DNA from: the human T2T-CHM13v2.0 reference genome, Homo sapiens
Length of the DNA stretch: 64,000 nucleotides
NCBI RefSeq assembly: GCF_009914755.1
Contig: NC_060928.1
Reading direction: 5' to 3' (one strand)
This document shows, in pieces, positions 60,741 to 64,000 of this stretch. The notes below the pieces were generated by a model. That model did no database searches and was not told where the DNA came from. It saw nothing but the letters and a program-made list of their open reading frames with translations. The stretch's first letter is position 1. Each line of letters opens with the position of its first letter. Made by a program: the position numbers and the translations under genes.

Positions 60741-63477
60741 TCACCAGACAAGATAGCAATTTTTTTGTTTTTTGTTTGTTTGTTTTTGGTTTTTTTATAG
60801 CAAATTTTTTGAAGAGTAGAATAAAATACATTGCTATCAGAAAGCATAACATCTTATCAAGGAGATAAACTTTTAATGCAACAAAATGGAAAAAGATTAT
60901 CACCAGAAGTCTGAGGGAGAACTAAGGCAGACTGGGCAATGTATTACTCCCCTTGACTAGGACATTCATAAGAGAGTCCCCTCACCACACCACAGGCTTT
61001 GCTAAATGTTTGGGAAGGAGGAGAAAGCCTGATATTGGCCAAACATTGTGGACTTCCTCCCTCATGACATCAATCATAGGCAAGTTACCAGAACCATAAA
61101 ATTTTGTTTAAAATTGAGTTGTTTAATGACGTGTTTTGTTTCTCCAAAAAGTTGTAGTACAAAAACTGGGTTAAGGCCAAACTGATTGCAGGCCCCAAAC
61201 AAAGAAACAGATGCAGGAGTCATTAAAATGGTAAGGATGGAATTCACAAAGCAAAAGGCAAAATAAATACTATAGAGGTTTAGTACAGAAAGAAACTCTT
61301 TCAGGTCAAGGGACAAAAGAAATTACTTTCAGAGAAAGTGGATGTTGATTTACACCCAGGCTAGAACAAGCTGTATTTGAGAGACATGTCTCCCATTGCA
61401 TACTTGACTTGCCACACTTCAGGGAATCGCTGAAAGTTGACCATTTCTAGCCCAAACTTAGCTGTGTGCTGGCCTCTCTCAACTACTCTGAAACTTATGA
61501 ATTCCTTCTTATGAAAGGAAGAGGTATATTCTTTTATTTTTCTTAACACCTTTATATCTAAGCCAACACTCCTGGAAATTATAGCCATAATTCACATACA
61601 CATACCTACAAATCTTAAATATAATAAAATAGACTCACCTCATCAAGCTAGAGTTACTAAGCTAGGACATACTGTCATAGTGGACATGGGATGATTAGTA
61701 TCCAATAATGTACAATATCAAATAGAAGGGATTACTTTAGTAAAGTCTCATGGTAGTTAACAGAAAACACCCAATGTAATAGAAGAGATTTAGTTGACAG
61801 CTTGCTGATTCTCTGTATTTACTGCTCGAGTTATAATTTTTTTGTTAATTGTCTTTATTATGGTACTATGTCTTTCTCCTCTCTAGTTAGGCATCTGGGT
61901 GCTTTGAGATAGAACTACATAATTGAGAATCAAAAGACCTGAATTCTAGCCACAAGTCTGGTACCTTCTGAAAGTGTGAAAAAAACTGTAATGTCCATGA
62001 AGGTAAAAACTATTTGTATTAACATTAGCACTAAGTTCTGAATGCCTAGCAAGGATATGGACTATAGAAGTTGTGCAACAACTATTTCTTGTATAAATAA
62101 ACTAATTCATTAATGAATGAAGTCACTGAACCTTCTGTACTTCAGTTTTCTCGTTGAAGCATGAGGGTGATATATACATATCTTGCCTACCTTGATATAT
62201 CATTAGAAGTCCCTGGGAAATTACAGCTCAGGTGGAAGAAAATTATTTTAAGAAGCGATAAAATTTAAATTCAGTTGTCATGATCCACAGAACATTGCTC
62301 TGCTTTACAATGGCACTCTGTTAAGCCTTGATTGATTTTTCAGGATAGTTGAAGGAAAAGAAAGCAGGGATAACATTTTGAAAGCACTAATTTACAAACC
62401 ACTGTTGTTTACTTTTCATCATCTATGTTACTGGAACAGAACAAAGATATAGATGGTACATAATTCAACAGTCATGTGTACTTGGCATTAGAATATGTTT
62501 TTGTACTTTTATTTGAATGGAGGGTTGTCTGGTGTTCTGGTAATTGAACTAAACCAAAATAATGAAGTTATAATGATGACATCAGGTTCCGAATTTCCTC
62601 ATCTTAGGTCCCTGCAACTTAATCCATACAGACTCACATTGCTCTGGAATTAGACCACCTTTTTTTCTTCCCTGAATGAAGAAACCATTTATTTAACAAA
62701 ACTTAGGGGAATACCTATTTTGTGACTGACACAGGAATAGATAATGAGTATATTCAACCTAGTTGAATGGAAGAAACAGACATATACAATATCCACACTA
62801 CAACGTGATGAAAACTAGAGTCCCTTGCTACTTCCCCTCCTAGCTAGAGATAACTTTGCCTCCAATGACACAGGTTCTTGAAAGCTATCAGATAATAAAG
62901 CATAGCCTGTTCTTTTTCACTTCAACTGCTGAATAACTGGAGAGTTTCAATTGCTTTTCTTTAAATACTCAGGTAATGAAAAATAAAAACAAAAAGAACG
63001 CAATGACGGAAGTCTTCCAATTGTCTCCAGAGTTGAGGAATATAGTTAGATAAACAATTCACCATCAGAATAATTTTTAAATTGACTGTGTTTTTCACTC
63101 TATAATCCAGTTGCTGACCTTTCCAGTGCTTGGTCTTGACAATTTTCTGGCTCAGTAGTGGGGTTAGCTGGCTAAGACCCTGCAGCCTGCAATAGAAAAT
63201 AGTCTCTCAAGAGAATGAGAGCTTATGGCGTATTTAATTTGACAATATTCAGAATAGACCAAAGTCATTAATTGTAAATATATATCATCATGCAATACAG
63301 AACCTTCCTCCTAGTTCACTCATTCAACAAATCTACTGCATTTTCCAGGCAACAATTGGTTACATTAACGACCTTTATGTTTAAGCTTTAGTTAAATCTG
63401 CCATTAACATCTAGGGTTGTCTAATTTTTTAGTTAATCTAAGAAGACCACTATCACAAATCTCAGGAAAGTTACTTT

Positions 63478-63882
63478 TGCTAAAAGAAAAACTTTCAGCA
63501 AATTAAATTTAACAGAATTTAATTGAGTAAAGAATGATTTGCAAATCAGGCAGCCTGGAATAAAAATACATTCAGAGTGACTCCGGAGCTGCCACGTGGT
63601 CAAATAACATTTATGGACAGAAAAGGAAAACGGTGTACAGAAAATGGAAATGAATTACAGAAACAGTGAGTTGGTACCCGCTGCAGCTCTGCAATTGCCT
63701 TATTTGAACACATTTGAACAGTTGGCTGCTTGTGATTGGCTGTCACTCAGCTTCTTGTTAAAACAGTAGGTTACAGTTTGTTTAACATCATTAGGTTACA
63801 GTTCACTATTATAAGAAATCTTTAGGTCAAACTTAAAATATGTATGGAGGCAGCTTTAGGCTAAACGTAATTCAATTTAATA
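63478..63882 (-). mobile_element. MER57-family ERV1 solo LTR
   Basis: Reverse complement begins ..ttaaatt...gtttagcctaaagctgcctcc..catattttaagtt (MER57 5' end); 4-bp TSD CTTT on both sides. Confidence 0.82.
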
Positions 63883-64000
63883 CTTTCTAATAGATATAAA
63901 GTCCTACTGGTGGGTTTTCTTCTTTAGTAAAGAAAAATGTCTTTTTATTCTAACTAATGATTTATGTACTTGGATTTTTTGACCAGATAAATAACAAGTA

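Noticed and set aside
62000-64000. ODAM exons
   Set aside because: No ODAM signal-peptide or coding exon was recognised; the gene is expected beyond the window.

Overview
AT-rich primate (almost certainly human) genomic DNA from the secretory calcium-binding phosphoprotein (SCPP)/casein cluster. In human this is 4q13.3, an assignment made from gene content. There are no prokaryotic features and no CRISPR array; most ORF-track entries are Alu, L1 or low-complexity artefacts. Positions 503-~16445 (+) hold the 3' part of an alpha-s2-casein-like pseudogene (CSN1S2BP): tiny phase-0 exons, a visible internal duplication with fossil exons, and one clear lesion at the end of the first large exon. Positions ~21330-32180 (+) hold PRR27 (C4orf40), a 219-aa secreted Pro/Ala-rich protein in 4 coding exons, with a TATA-driven non-coding first exon, a possible extra 5'UTR cassette exon and a 15/30-bp coding tandem repeat. 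The main unexplained signal lies in the apparently intergenic 34-49 kb stretch: exon-like pieces in the order expected of a further, decayed SCPP gene paralogous to PRR27 (signal-peptide exon, S-x-E exon, PRR27-exon-4-like exon, stop exon, and a 3'UTR exon matching the PRR27 last exon at 22/25 nt). Positions 53-63 kb contain a CTCF-like motif, paired STAT5 (GAS) motifs and a MER57 solo LTR, consistent with the regulatory region upstream of ODAM, which is expected just beyond the window. All alignments were made by eye and repeat subfamily calls are from memory of consensus sequences.
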